Translations under genes and position numbers: made by a program
In this document: positions 40,186 through 49,377 of the stretch, in pieces
How positions within the stretch are numbered: position 1 is the first letter of the stretch
Layout: the number at the start of each line of letters is the position of its first letter
Notes under the pieces: generated by a model
What the model was told of the DNA's origin: nothing
Databases searched by the model: none
What the model saw: the letters and a program-made list of their open reading frames with translations, nothing else
DNA from: Rhodospirillales bacterium
GTDB lineage: Bacteria > Pseudomonadota > Alphaproteobacteria > CACIAM-22H2
NCBI GenBank assembly: GCA_016794025.1
Contig: JAEUKX010000036.1
Coordinates: 5,225 to 69,224 of the forward strand
Direction: 5' to 3'
DNA length: 64,000 nt

Positions 40186-40877
40186 CGGAGTTCGAGATAG
40201 CGGCGCTGGAGCCACGCCGAGGCAAAGCCGAGTGCGGCCCAGAATATCGCCGCAGCGGCAAGCGAGAGGACCGCGAAGCGCTTCGCAAGATCCACCGGCA
40301 GGCTGCCCTCGCCGATCGTGCCTGTCTGCGAAAGAAGCCCGATCAGGCCCATTGCCTCGCCCGGCGCGCCGATGACGTGCGGTGCCGCCAGAAGAACGAC
40401 GCCGAAAAGCCAGTCCTGCGAACGCCGGCCCAGGAACATGAGCACGCCGCCCGAAAGTGTCGCCGCGGCCGTCGCCAGCCACCAGACCTGCCGCGCGACC
40501 AGATCGCCCTCCGCCATTCCCGGCAAGGCCGGGGCCAGACCAAAGGCCGGGGCCAGAGAGAAGGTCGCAAATCCGAATGCCGCCAGGGCCGCGCCCACGC
40601 GCCAGTCCGGCGTCACGTCGCGAAGACTGCGGAAGACGAGCAGTGCGCCGTTGGCGAGGAGCGCAAAGCCCACGCCCGCGAGAATGTCGAAAATGACCGA
40701 CCATGCGGTACGGGTCGCCCCTTCGGGCGACCATTCATGCGCGGCCGCGGGGTCGGCCACCTCGAATGTCTCGGCCGTATCGATGAGCGGCCAGATGCCG
40801 ACCGCCTGAACGCCCGCCGCTACCAGCCCTGCGGCAAGGCCGGCTGCGAGCGCGACCCAGAAAAGCCGGGCGATCAT
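40182..40877 (-). CDS. cbtA: Cobalt transporter subunit CbtA
   Basis: 231-aa multi-TM protein following cbtB with overlapping stop/start. Confidence 0.75.
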   Translation of the reverse strand: MIARLFWVALAAGLAAGLVAAGVQAVGIWPLIDTAETFEVADPAAAHEWSPEGATRTAWSVIFDILAGVGFALLANGALLVFRSLRDVTPDWRVGAALAAFGFATFSLAPAFGLAPALPGMAEGDLVARQVWWLATAAATLSGGVLMFLGRRSQDWLFGVVLLAAPHVIGAPGEAMGLIGLLSQTGTIGEGSLPVDLAKRFAVLSLAAAAIFWAALGFASAWLQRRYLELR

Positions 40878-41059
40878 CAGTGGCAGGGAAAGGCGAAGCT
40901 GTGCCGGGAGTCGTGCGCCGCGTTGTGGATATCCATGGCGCCGGCAAAACCGACGGCCGCCACGATCAGGGCGCCGAAAGCCATGGCCGAAAGTGCGGCC
41001 GTCAACGCGCGTGTGCGGACCTGCAGGGACGGTGCGGCAGCGGCGGTCTGGTCGGTCAT
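40877..41059 (-). CDS. cbtB: Cobalt transporter subunit CbtB
   Basis: 60 aa, one TM, His-rich C-terminus (…IHNAAHDSRHSFAFPCH). Confidence 0.7.
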   Translation of the reverse strand: MTDQTAAAAPSLQVRTRALTAALSAMAFGALIVAAVGFAGAMDIHNAAHDSRHSFAFPCH

Positions 41060-41091
41060 CAGGGGGCCCTCGGGGAATACTCCCCGAATTT

Positions 41092-41616
41092 CTAGTCTTT
41101 CCTGCCCGAGGGAAGCAAGGGCGGCAATGCGATCCCCCGCCCGGCGGCCGGCGGGACAGGCAGAATTGTATGCGCCCGGACGACCGCATCGATACGCGCC
41201 TGATCGTCGGCGGCGAAGGGCACGACCCGCCGCGTGACCATATCGACCTGCAGCGACAGGAACTCCGCCGTCGCTGCGACAGCTCCGGTGGCCGCATTGC
41301 GCATCGTATGGAAATATCGCAGGCGCTTGGCGTCGGCCGACAGCAACTGCGTGGCCACCGCCAGCCGCTCGCCGGGCCGCAGTTCACCGACATAGCGCAC
41401 GTGCGCGTCGACCGCGAAGAACGACCGGCCCGACGCCGTCCGCCATGCGGCGCCAAACCCCATCGCCTCGAAGAAGACATCCGTCGCGCTGTCGAACGCC
41501 AGCACGTAGTACGCGACATTCATGTGGCCATTGTAGTCAATCCATTCGGGCCGGATCGGCTCGGAATGCCGGTCGAGCGGAGCAGGGAAATCGGCGGCTG
41601 AGGTGGTCGGCTTCAT
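41092..41616 (-). CDS. Hot-dog fold acyl-CoA thioesterase
   Basis: …WIDYNGHMNVAYYVLAFD… 4HBT-type. 174 aa. Confidence 0.75.
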   Translation of the reverse strand: MKPTTSAADFPAPLDRHSEPIRPEWIDYNGHMNVAYYVLAFDSATDVFFEAMGFGAAWRTASGRSFFAVDAHVRYVGELRPGERLAVATQLLSADAKRLRYFHTMRNAATGAVAATAEFLSLQVDMVTRRVVPFAADDQARIDAVVRAHTILPVPPAAGRGIALPPLLPSGRKD

Positions 41617-41724
41617 GGCGTGCCTGACTGCGCTTGTATCAATCCGATGCTTCGGCCGCGGTCGAATCGTTCCGGCCGGATTGCCGGCTAGTCTATTCGA
41701 AATCCCGACCGCCGGAGACGTTCC

Positions 41725-41871
41725 ATGATCGAGAAGCAATTCACCCGCGACGAAAGCAACCGGGCAGCGCATCAGGAGACCCAGCACTTCAAGGCCGACA
41801 TCGCGGCGATGCTGCCGCACGTTGACCGGCGCGAACGCATACCCCTCGTCCCGTACATGCCCACCGCATGA
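41725..41871 (+). CDS. small hypothetical protein (48 aa)
   Basis: Not in ORF track. GGAGA RBS 9 nt upstream of ATG. High GC3. Hydrophilic MIEKQFTRDESNRAAHQETQHFKADIAAMLPHVDRRERIPLVPYMPTA. Confidence 0.3.
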   Translation: MIEKQFTRDESNRAAHQETQHFKADIAAMLPHVDRRERIPLVPYMPTA

Positions 41872-41908
41872 GTGGACGCGGCATCGGCGTGCTAGGCTCG
41901 CCGCCGAC

Positions 41909-42856
41909 ATGTCCGCCCTGCTCGCCCTGCTGAACCGCCACGCGTCGGCCATCCTCGCTTCCTGCCTCTTTGTCGGCATCGTGCTGCCCGGCCTTGCGGC
42001 TGCGGCGCGTCCGCTGCTCGTCCCGGCCATCACCTTCCTTCTCGCCTCGGCGATCACGCGCATGGACTGGGCGAGGCTTGCCGAACCGTTGCGCCGGCCA
42101 CTTGTGCCACTCCTTCTCGTGCTGGTCCTGATGGCGGGGGCACCCGTGCTGGCCGACGCCGTCGTGCGCATGCTGCCGCTGCCTGACGGCCTGAAGCTCG
42201 CGATACCGCTTTTCGCCACCGCCCCCATGCTGGTCTCGGTCACGGCCTATGCGCTGATGCTGGGGCTCGATGCGCGGCTGGCGCTCGTCATCCTCGTCGG
42301 CACGAGCGTCGCACTGCCCGTCGTTCAGCCGCCGCTGGCCGCATGGTTGCTTGGCCTTACGATCGATCTTGGTGCAGGGGAATTGATGATGCGCCTGTCC
42401 GGGCTCGTCGGCGGCGCGTTCGCCGCCGCCTGGGTCGCGCGCCGGCTCCTGGGCCCGGAAGGCCTCGCACGGCACGACGCGGCCATCGGCGGGGTCGGCG
42501 TGCTCGTGCTGGTGCTTTTCGCCTTCGGCGCGGTCGACGGGCTTGCCGTACGTCTGGCGCAGGAGCCCGGCAAGGTCGCGCTCTATCTCGTCGCGGCGTT
42601 CGCGACGAATTTCGGCCTGCAGGCAGCCGCAGCGGCCCTGCTCGTGCCGGCCGAGCGCATGCTGGGTCTGGCGCGCGGACAGTCGCTTGCCGCAGCGCTG
42701 GCTGCCGGCAACCGGAACTTCGCGCTGCTGGTCGGCGCCATGGGCGTGGCGACCGACACGGACGTGTTCCTTTTTTTCACCTGCGTGCAGTTCCCGATCT
42801 ACATGATCCCGGCGCTGCTCGGGCCCCTCTATCGCCGGGCACTGGCTTCCGGCTAG
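41909..42856 (+). CDS. Polytopic membrane transporter (BASS/AEC-like fold), uncharacterised
   Basis: About 315 aa, 8-10 predicted TM helices. Start at M30 of the track ORF. Confidence 0.6.
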   Translation: MSALLALLNRHASAILASCLFVGIVLPGLAAAARPLLVPAITFLLASAITRMDWARLAEPLRRPLVPLLLVLVLMAGAPVLADAVVRMLPLPDGLKLAIPLFATAPMLVSVTAYALMLGLDARLALVILVGTSVALPVVQPPLAAWLLGLTIDLGAGELMMRLSGLVGGAFAAAWVARRLLGPEGLARHDAAIGGVGVLVLVLFAFGAVDGLAVRLAQEPGKVALYLVAAFATNFGLQAAAAALLVPAERMLGLARGQSLAAALAAGNRNFALLVGAMGVATDTDVFLFFTCVQFPIYMIPALLGPLYRRALASG

Positions 42857-43686
42857 ACCGGGACGTTGTCGATGAGACGCACGTTGCCGAGCCAGACAGC
42901 CGCGAAGACACGCGCGGGCCGCATCCCGGCGGGCTCGAGCGTCTCGGGATGGCGCAGTTCCAGATAGTCGATACGCCCGAAACCTGCCGTCGCGAGGCTC
43001 GCCCGCGCTTCGGCCAATGCTGCGGTAGCGGTTCCGCCGCGGGCGACCGTCTCGGCGATCCGGCGCATCTCGCGATTGAGCAACGGGGCGATTGTCCGGT
43101 CACCGGCCGAGAGGCGAAGATTGCGCGAGGACAGCGCCAGTCCGTCGGCCTCGCGCACGGTCGGGCAGCCGACGATCTCGACAGGAATATCGAGGTCGCG
43201 AACCATTCGCCGGACGACCTGCAGCTGCTGCCAGTCCTTCTCTCCGAACATCGCGAAATCGGGCAGCGCCTGCAGCAGTAGCTTGGTCACGATTGTCGCC
43301 ATGCCGGAGAAATGGCCGGGGCGGGCCGCGCCGCAAAGGCCATCGGTCAGCCCCTTCACCTCCACGCGCGTGGCGCTGACTTGGGCGTACATCTCGTCGA
43401 CCGACGGGCAGAAGGCGAGATGCGCGCCCCGTCCGGCAAGCAGGGCGACATCGGCCGTTTCCTGCCGTGGATATCTCGCGAGGTCCTCGTTCGGCCCGAA
43501 CTGCGTGGGATTGACGAAGATCGACACGACGACCCGGCAGCCGCGCGCAAGCCCCGCATCGACAAGCGAAAGATGCCCCGGATGCAGCGCGCCCATCGTC
43601 GGCACGAGCGCCACCGGCATGCCCTCGCGCCGCCACGCCGCGACACGCGTGCGCAGGTCGGTAACCGTGCGCACGATTTCGGTCAT
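42853..43686 (-). CDS. panC: Pantoate--beta-alanine ligase
   Basis: HIGH-like PTMGALHPGHLSL motif. ATGA overlap with the metH stop. Confidence 0.9.
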   Translation of the reverse strand: MTEIVRTVTDLRTRVAAWRREGMPVALVPTMGALHPGHLSLVDAGLARGCRVVVSIFVNPTQFGPNEDLARYPRQETADVALLAGRGAHLAFCPSVDEMYAQVSATRVEVKGLTDGLCGAARPGHFSGMATIVTKLLLQALPDFAMFGEKDWQQLQVVRRMVRDLDIPVEIVGCPTVREADGLALSSRNLRLSAGDRTIAPLLNREMRRIAETVARGGTATAALAEARASLATAGFGRIDYLELRHPETLEPAGMRPARVFAAVWLGNVRLIDNVPV

Positions 43687-46600
43687 ACGCTGAAGTACTT
43701 CGCCTGCGGATGATGCAGCACGATGGCCGACGTCGACTGCTCGGGATGGAGCTGCCATTCGTCGGACAGCGAGATGCCGATCTTCGAGCCGTCGAGGAGT
43801 TTCAGTATCTGCTCCTGGTCGGCAAGGTTCGGGCAGGCGGGATAGCCGAACGAATAGCGCGAACCGCGATAGCCCTGCTGGAGCATCCTGTCGATGTCGC
43901 GGTCGTCCTCGCCCGCGAAGCCGAGCTCCGCACGGATGCGCTTGTGCACGTATTCGGCCATCGCCTCGGCCAGCTCCACGCCCAGCCCGTGCAGGTAGAG
44001 ATAGTCCTGGTACCTGTTGGCCGCGAACCATTCGCGCGCCACGTCGGAGGCGCGCTGGCCGACAGTGACGACCTGCAGGCCGATCACATCAAGCTCGTTG
44101 GCCGTGCGGTCGCGGAAGAAGTCGGCGATGCACAGGCCGCCCTCGCGGTTCTGGCGCGGGAATGCGAAGCGCGCGACTTCGCTTGAGGCATCGTCGAGCA
44201 GCACGACACTGTCGCCTTCCGAATAGCAGCGCCAGTAGCCGTAGACCGCCTGCGGTTTCAGGATCTGCTCGGCCTCGGCCATGTCGAGCATTCGCTTCAG
44301 GATCGGCTTGAGCTCGAGGGCCGCCCACGCCTTGTATTCGTCAAGCGACTTGCCCGCTTTTCGGAAGCCCCACTGGAACTGGTAGAGCATGCGCTCGTTG
44401 AGGTACGGCACCAGCGTCTTGACCGGCACCTGTTCGAGCGTACGGGCACCCCAGAAGGGTGGCGTCGGGATCGGCGCCTTCGCCGCCAGTTCCGCACGAC
44501 GAAGCTTGAGCTCCTCGAGATCGAGCGGCCGAAGCGGGCGCGCATCGGCGGCCTGACCGAGCGTGCGCGTCTGGTTCGACGGCCGGCCCGCGCGCTTGGC
44601 CTTCAGCTTCTCCAGATGCTCGTCGATCCTGCGGTTTACGACCTTGTCCATCAGGTCGAGCCCGTCGAACGCGTCCGAGGCGTAGGCGACACGGCCTGCC
44701 CCATAGGCGGCCACGCAGTCCTCCTCGACGTACTTGCGCGTGAGAGCGGCCCCACCCAGCAGCACAGGCACGTCGAGCCCTTCGCGCGTCATCTCCTCCA
44801 GGTTCTCGCGCATCACGACGGTCGACTTCACAAGCAGGCCAGACATGCCGATGCAGTCGGCCTTGTGCTCCTTCGCCGCCGAAACGATGCTGGCGATGGG
44901 CTGCTTGATGCCGAGATTGACGACTTTGTAGCCGTTGTTCGTCAGGATGATGTCGACGAGGTTCTTGCCGATGTCGTGCACGTCGCCCTTGACCGTGGCG
45001 AGGACGATCGTGCCCTTCTGCTGGCCCTCGACGCGCTCCATGTGCGGCTCGAGGAAGGCGACTGCCGCCTTCATCGTCTCGGCCGACTGGAGCACAAAGG
45101 GAAGCTGCATCTTGCCCGCCCCGAACAGTTCACCCACCACCTTCATGCCGTCGAGAAGGAAGGTGTTGATGATGTCGAGCGGCTTGTGGCTCTTCATCGC
45201 CAGTTCCAGATCCTCGTCCAGGCCCTGCTTGTCGCCGTCGACGATGCGCTGCTTCAGCCGCTCCTCGACCGCCTCGGCGCGCTTGCGCGTGCCCTTGGCC
45301 TCGCCCTTGCGGTTCTCGAACAGCGCGATGAAGGCCTGCAGCGGATCGTAGCCCTCGCGCCGCCGGTCGTAGATCAGGTCCTCGGCGACGCGCACTTCCT
45401 CTTCCGGGATCTTGTGCAGCGGGAGGATCTTGGAATGGTGGACGATGGCGCCCGTCATGCCGCGCTTGACCGCATGATCGAGGAAGACCGAATTGAGCAC
45501 GTGGCGGGCGGCGGGATTGAGTCCGAAGGACACGTTCGACAGGCCCAGCACGATCTGCACCTCGGGCATCTCCTTGGCGATCGCCTCGATGCCGTTCAAC
45601 GTGTCGAGCGCCAGCTTGCGGTCGTCCTCGTTCCCCGTCGCGATCGTGAAGGTCAGCGGGTCGATCATCAGGTCGCTTTCGCGAAGCCCGTAGCGGCCGC
45701 ACGCGAAATCGCGCAGGCGCTTGGCGATGGCAAGCTTGGTCGCCGCGTCCTTTGCCATGCCGGTCTCGTCGATCGTCAGCGCGATGACCGAGCAGCCGAA
45801 GCGCCGGGCCAGCTCCATGCGCTTGGCGGCCGGCTCTTCGCCATCCTCGAAATTGATCGAGTTGAGGATCGCCTTGCCGCCGTAGAGCTTGAGCGCGCTT
45901 TCCAGCACGATCAGCTCGGTCGAATCGATGACGAGCGGGGCGGTAATCGAACCGCGGAAGCGGCTGACGACCTCGCCCATTTCCTTCACCTCGTCGCGAC
46001 CGACGAAGGCGGTGCACACATCGAGCGCGTGCGAGCCTTCGCGCACCTGCTCGCGACCCATGTCGAGGCAGCCTTCCCAGTTGCCCTCTTCCTGGAATTT
46101 TCGCCACGCGCGCGAGCCGTTGGCATTGCAGCGCTCGCCGATCGAGAAGTACGCGTTCTCCTGGCGCAGCGGCACCTGATGGTAGAGCGAGGCGACCGAG
46201 GGTATCCAAACCGACTTGCGCGCCTTGGGCGCAGGGCGGTGACCGCCCGTCGCACGCCGACGCAGCATCTGGTCGAGTGCCGCAATGTGGCCCACGTCGG
46301 TGCCGCAGCAGCCGCCGACCATGTTGATGCCGTCCTCGGCGACAAAGCGTTCGATCCACTTGGCCATCGCGTCGGGCTGGAGCGGATAGTGCGTCTTGCC
46401 ATCGACCAGTTCCGGCAGGCCCGCGTTGGGCTGCACTGTGATCGAACGGGTCCAGTTCTCGGCCACCCACTTCACATGCTCGGCCATTTCCTGCGGGCCC
46501 GTCGCGCAGTTGAGGCCGATCGAATCGACGTCGAGGGAATCGATGACCGTGGCCGCGGCGGCGATATCGGCGCCCACGAGGAGCGTGCCGGTCGTCTCGA

Positions 46601-47180
46601 TTGTCACCTGCACGAGGATGGGCACGTCGCGGCCCAGTTCGATGCGCGCGCGCTTGACGCCGTTGACCGCGGCCTTGATCTGAAGAGGGTCCTGACAGGT
46701 CTCGATCAGGATGCCGTCGGCCCCACCGTCGACGAGGCCGCGCGCCTGGATTGTCAGCGCGTCCTCGAGGCTCTGGTAGTCGATATGACCCAGCGAGGGC
46801 AGCTTCGTGCCCGGCCCGATCGAGCCCAGCACGAAGCGCGGATTGCCGTCCTTATTCGCGAAGGCCTCTGCTTCCTCGCGCGCATATTCGACCGCGAGCT
46901 TGTTGATCTCGTGCGCCTTGTCCTGGAGGTCGAACTCGGCGAGCGTGATGGGCGAGCCGCCGAACGTGTTGGTCTGCACGACGTCGGAGCCCGCCTCAAG
47001 ATACGAACGCGCGATCGAGCGCACGAGGTCAGGGCGCGACAGCACCAGCACCTCGGTGCAGTTCTCCTTGCCCCAATAGTCGCGCTCGATGTCGAGCGTC
47101 ATCGCCTGCACGCGGCTGCCAGTGCCGCCGTCGCACAGCAGCACGCGATCCTTGAGGGCGTCGAGGAAATGGGGGCGCAT
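43683..47180 (-). CDS. metH: Cobalamin-dependent methionine synthase
   Basis: 1165 aa with Hcy-binding, pterin-binding, B12-binding (DxHxxG…) and AdoMet-activation domains. Confidence 0.97.
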   Translation of the reverse strand: MRPHFLDALKDRVLLCDGGTGSRVQAMTLDIERDYWGKENCTEVLVLSRPDLVRSIARSYLEAGSDVVQTNTFGGSPITLAEFDLQDKAHEINKLAVEYAREEAEAFANKDGNPRFVLGSIGPGTKLPSLGHIDYQSLEDALTIQARGLVDGGADGILIETCQDPLQIKAAVNGVKRARIELGRDVPILVQVTIETTGTLLVGADIAAAATVIDSLDVDSIGLNCATGPQEMAEHVKWVAENWTRSITVQPNAGLPELVDGKTHYPLQPDAMAKWIERFVAEDGINMVGGCCGTDVGHIAALDQMLRRRATGGHRPAPKARKSVWIPSVASLYHQVPLRQENAYFSIGERCNANGSRAWRKFQEEGNWEGCLDMGREQVREGSHALDVCTAFVGRDEVKEMGEVVSRFRGSITAPLVIDSTELIVLESALKLYGGKAILNSINFEDGEEPAAKRMELARRFGCSVIALTIDETGMAKDAATKLAIAKRLRDFACGRYGLRESDLMIDPLTFTIATGNEDDRKLALDTLNGIEAIAKEMPEVQIVLGLSNVSFGLNPAARHVLNSVFLDHAVKRGMTGAIVHHSKILPLHKIPEEEVRVAEDLIYDRRREGYDPLQAFIALFENRKGEAKGTRKRAEAVEERLKQRIVDGDKQGLDEDLELAMKSHKPLDIINTFLLDGMKVVGELFGAGKMQLPFVLQSAETMKAAVAFLEPHMERVEGQQKGTIVLATVKGDVHDIGKNLVDIILTNNGYKVVNLGIKQPIASIVSAAKEHKADCIGMSGLLVKSTVVMRENLEEMTREGLDVPVLLGGAALTRKYVEEDCVAAYGAGRVAYASDAFDGLDLMDKVVNRRIDEHLEKLKAKRAGRPSNQTRTLGQAADARPLRPLDLEELKLRRAELAAKAPIPTPPFWGARTLEQVPVKTLVPYLNERMLYQFQWGFRKAGKSLDEYKAWAALELKPILKRMLDMAEAEQILKPQAVYGYWRCYSEGDSVVLLDDASSEVARFAFPRQNREGGLCIADFFRDRTANELDVIGLQVVTVGQRASDVAREWFAANRYQDYLYLHGLGVELAEAMAEYVHKRIRAELGFAGEDDRDIDRMLQQGYRGSRYSFGYPACPNLADQEQILKLLDGSKIGISLSDEWQLHPEQSTSAIVLHHPQAKYFSV

Positions 47181-47194
47181 GGATGTGTCTTTCT

Positions 47195-48097
47195 TCAGGC
47201 GGCCTTGGCGGGGATCGCGACGGGACGCAGGCCCAGCACGTGGCAGATCGAATAGGCGAGATCGGCGCGGTTGAGCGTGTAGAAATGGAATGCGCTGACG
47301 CCGTGCGCCTGCAGGCGGCGGCACTGCTCGGCCGCCACCATCGCGGCGACGAGGCGGCGCGTGTCGGGATCGTTGTCGAGCCCTTCGAACAGGTGCGCGA
47401 GCCACAGCGGCACCGAAGCGCCGCACATCTTCGAGAACTTGACGACCTGCGCGAAGTTCGTCACCGGCAGGATGCCGGGCACGATCTCCGCCCTGATTCC
47501 GCGCGCAGCGCACTTGTCGCGGTAGCGCAGATAGACATCCGTATCGAAGAAATATTGCGTAATCGCGCGCGTGGCGCCGGCGTCGAGCTTGGCCTTGAGA
47601 TAGTCGAGATCGGCGTCGGGCGAAGGCGCGTCGGGGTGTGCTTCCGGGTAGGCGCCGACAGATATCTCGAAATCCGCGATCTTCTTGATGCCCGCGACAA
47701 GGTCGTTGGCATAGGCGTAGCCCCCGGGATGCGGCACGTAGCGCGACTGGCCGGCCGGCGGATCGCCGCGCAGCGCCACAATGTGACGCACGCCCGCCTC
47801 CCAGTAGCCGCGCACGACCGCGTCGATCTCCTCACGCGTGGCGGCCACGCATGTCAGGTGGGCGGCAGGCTTGATCTTCGATTCCTGCGCGATGCGCTTG
47901 ACGACGGCGTGCGTGCGCTCGCGCGTGGTACCGCCGGCCCCGTAGGTGACCGACACGAAGCGCGGCCCCATGGGGGCAAGGCGCTCGAACGACGCCCAGA
48001 GCTGCTTGTCCATCTCCTCGGTCTTCGGGGGGAAGAACTCGAAGCTGACATGCAGCTTTCCGGCGAGGCGGTCGTCTCCGAACAGGCGGTTCGTCAT
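47195..48097 (-). CDS. metF: 5,10-methylenetetrahydrofolate reductase
   Basis: 300-aa MetF TIM barrel (…VSFEFFPPKT…). Confidence 0.92.
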   Translation of the reverse strand: MTNRLFGDDRLAGKLHVSFEFFPPKTEEMDKQLWASFERLAPMGPRFVSVTYGAGGTTRERTHAVVKRIAQESKIKPAAHLTCVAATREEIDAVVRGYWEAGVRHIVALRGDPPAGQSRYVPHPGGYAYANDLVAGIKKIADFEISVGAYPEAHPDAPSPDADLDYLKAKLDAGATRAITQYFFDTDVYLRYRDKCAARGIRAEIVPGILPVTNFAQVVKFSKMCGASVPLWLAHLFEGLDNDPDTRRLVAAMVAAEQCRRLQAHGVSAFHFYTLNRADLAYSICHVLGLRPVAIPAKAA

Positions 48098-48118
48098 TAT
48101 TTCGTTCCTTCGTGTACT

Positions 48119-49078
48119 TCAGTGTGTCGTCGGACTGTGCGGCGGCTTGTCACCCGCCCACAGGCAGACAGTCAGTTTCTCGCCGGGCAGCGCCACGGTC
48201 TGCGCAGGCTTCAGTCCCGCAGCCCGGAGCCAGCCTTGCACCTCGCCGTCCGAGAATCCCAGCCGGCGATGGGCATGCTCGGTGCGCAGGGCGTCGAGCT
48301 CGTGCGGTGCGAAATCGGCGATGACGATACGCCCGCCCGGCTTCAGCACGCGCGCGGCCTCTGCAATCGCAAGCGCCGGATCCTCGGCGAAATGCAGGAC
48401 CTGATGGACGGTCACCGCGTCGAATGCGGGGCCCTCCCACGGCAGGCGATACATGTCGCCCTGACGGACATGCACGTTGGCAAGGCCAGCGCGCGCAAGG
48501 TTTGCACGCGCAATTCGCAGCATCGACGGGGACTGGTCGATACCCACACCGCGCACGCCGCGCGCGCCGAGCAGTTCGAGGATCCGGCCCGTGCCCGTTC
48601 CGATATCGAGTATTTCCGTTCCGTCGCCGGCCGGAACCAGCGCCGAAAGCTCGCGCTCGACCTCCGAATCCCGCACGTGGAGCGAGCGGATCCGGTCCCA
48701 GGCCTTTGCGTTCTCTTCGAAATACGCGGCCGCCCGCTCGGCGCGCGCCGCACGCACGGCGGCCAAGCCGTCGCGGTCGCGGCGCAATTGCGCGTCTTCT
48801 GCCGGCAGCATGTCGGCCAGCCGCCGGACGAGGCCGTTTGCCTTCGAACCTTCGGCCAGGCGGTAGAAGACCCAGCTTCCCTCCGGCTGCCGGTCGAGAA
48901 GACCTGCATCGCACAGCAGTTTCAGGTGACGCGACACGCGTGGCTGGCTCTGCCCCAGGATCTGGACCAGTTCGCTGACCGTCAGTTCGCCCTGCGCGCA
49001 AAGCGCCAGAAGGCGTAGCCGGGTAGGCTCCGCGGCCGCACGCAGGCCGTCCAATAGATTGTCGAGTGTCTGCGTCAT
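48119..49078 (-). CDS. sahR: SahR-type regulator: ArsR HTH fused to SAM-dependent methyltransferase-like effector domain
   Basis: N-terminal ArsR HTH (…LTVSELVQILGQSQPRVSRHLKLL…). Class I MTase fold (DIGTGTG). First gene of the metF-metH-panC array. Confidence 0.8.
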   Translation of the reverse strand: MTQTLDNLLDGLRAAAEPTRLRLLALCAQGELTVSELVQILGQSQPRVSRHLKLLCDAGLLDRQPEGSWVFYRLAEGSKANGLVRRLADMLPAEDAQLRRDRDGLAAVRAARAERAAAYFEENAKAWDRIRSLHVRDSEVERELSALVPAGDGTEILDIGTGTGRILELLGARGVRGVGIDQSPSMLRIARANLARAGLANVHVRQGDMYRLPWEGPAFDAVTVHQVLHFAEDPALAIAEAARVLKPGGRIVIADFAPHELDALRTEHAHRRLGFSDGEVQGWLRAAGLKPAQTVALPGEKLTVCLWAGDKPPHSPTTH

Positions 49079-49095
49079 GATTTCAGGATTTATAT

Positions 49096-49115
49096 AAAGA
49101 TATATTTATATCTTT
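49096..49115. promoter_or_regulatory. Perfect 9-bp inverted repeat AAAGATATA-tt-TATATCTTT 18 nt upstream of sahR; candidate SahR operator
   Basis: Read directly in an AT-rich 300-nt divergent intergenic region. Confidence 0.4.
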
Positions 49116-49377
49116 CAATCGATATTTTTTTGAGACCCCTCCAGAACGCCTTTACCAGTGTGCCAATTCCGCAACATTTCCACGTTAACCTTTGCGGGTG
49201 CTCGGGGTTCGCTAGAGCGGCCCAAGACGCTTGTGATAACAATCACTGCTTCTTGATCGAATCGATGCGAGGCATTGATCGCGTCAAGAAGTCGCGGCGC
49301 GTTTACGGTCCTGCAAGGGACGTAAATGTACGGTTGCGTGTCGTGTTCGAGCAGTCCCGAAGGGTAACGCCGTCCAG

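Noticed and set aside
41060-41725. Search for a cobalamin riboswitch upstream of cbtB or the thioesterase
   Set aside because: No B12-box-like element (GCCACTG) or the other conserved segments. Only a local hairpin.
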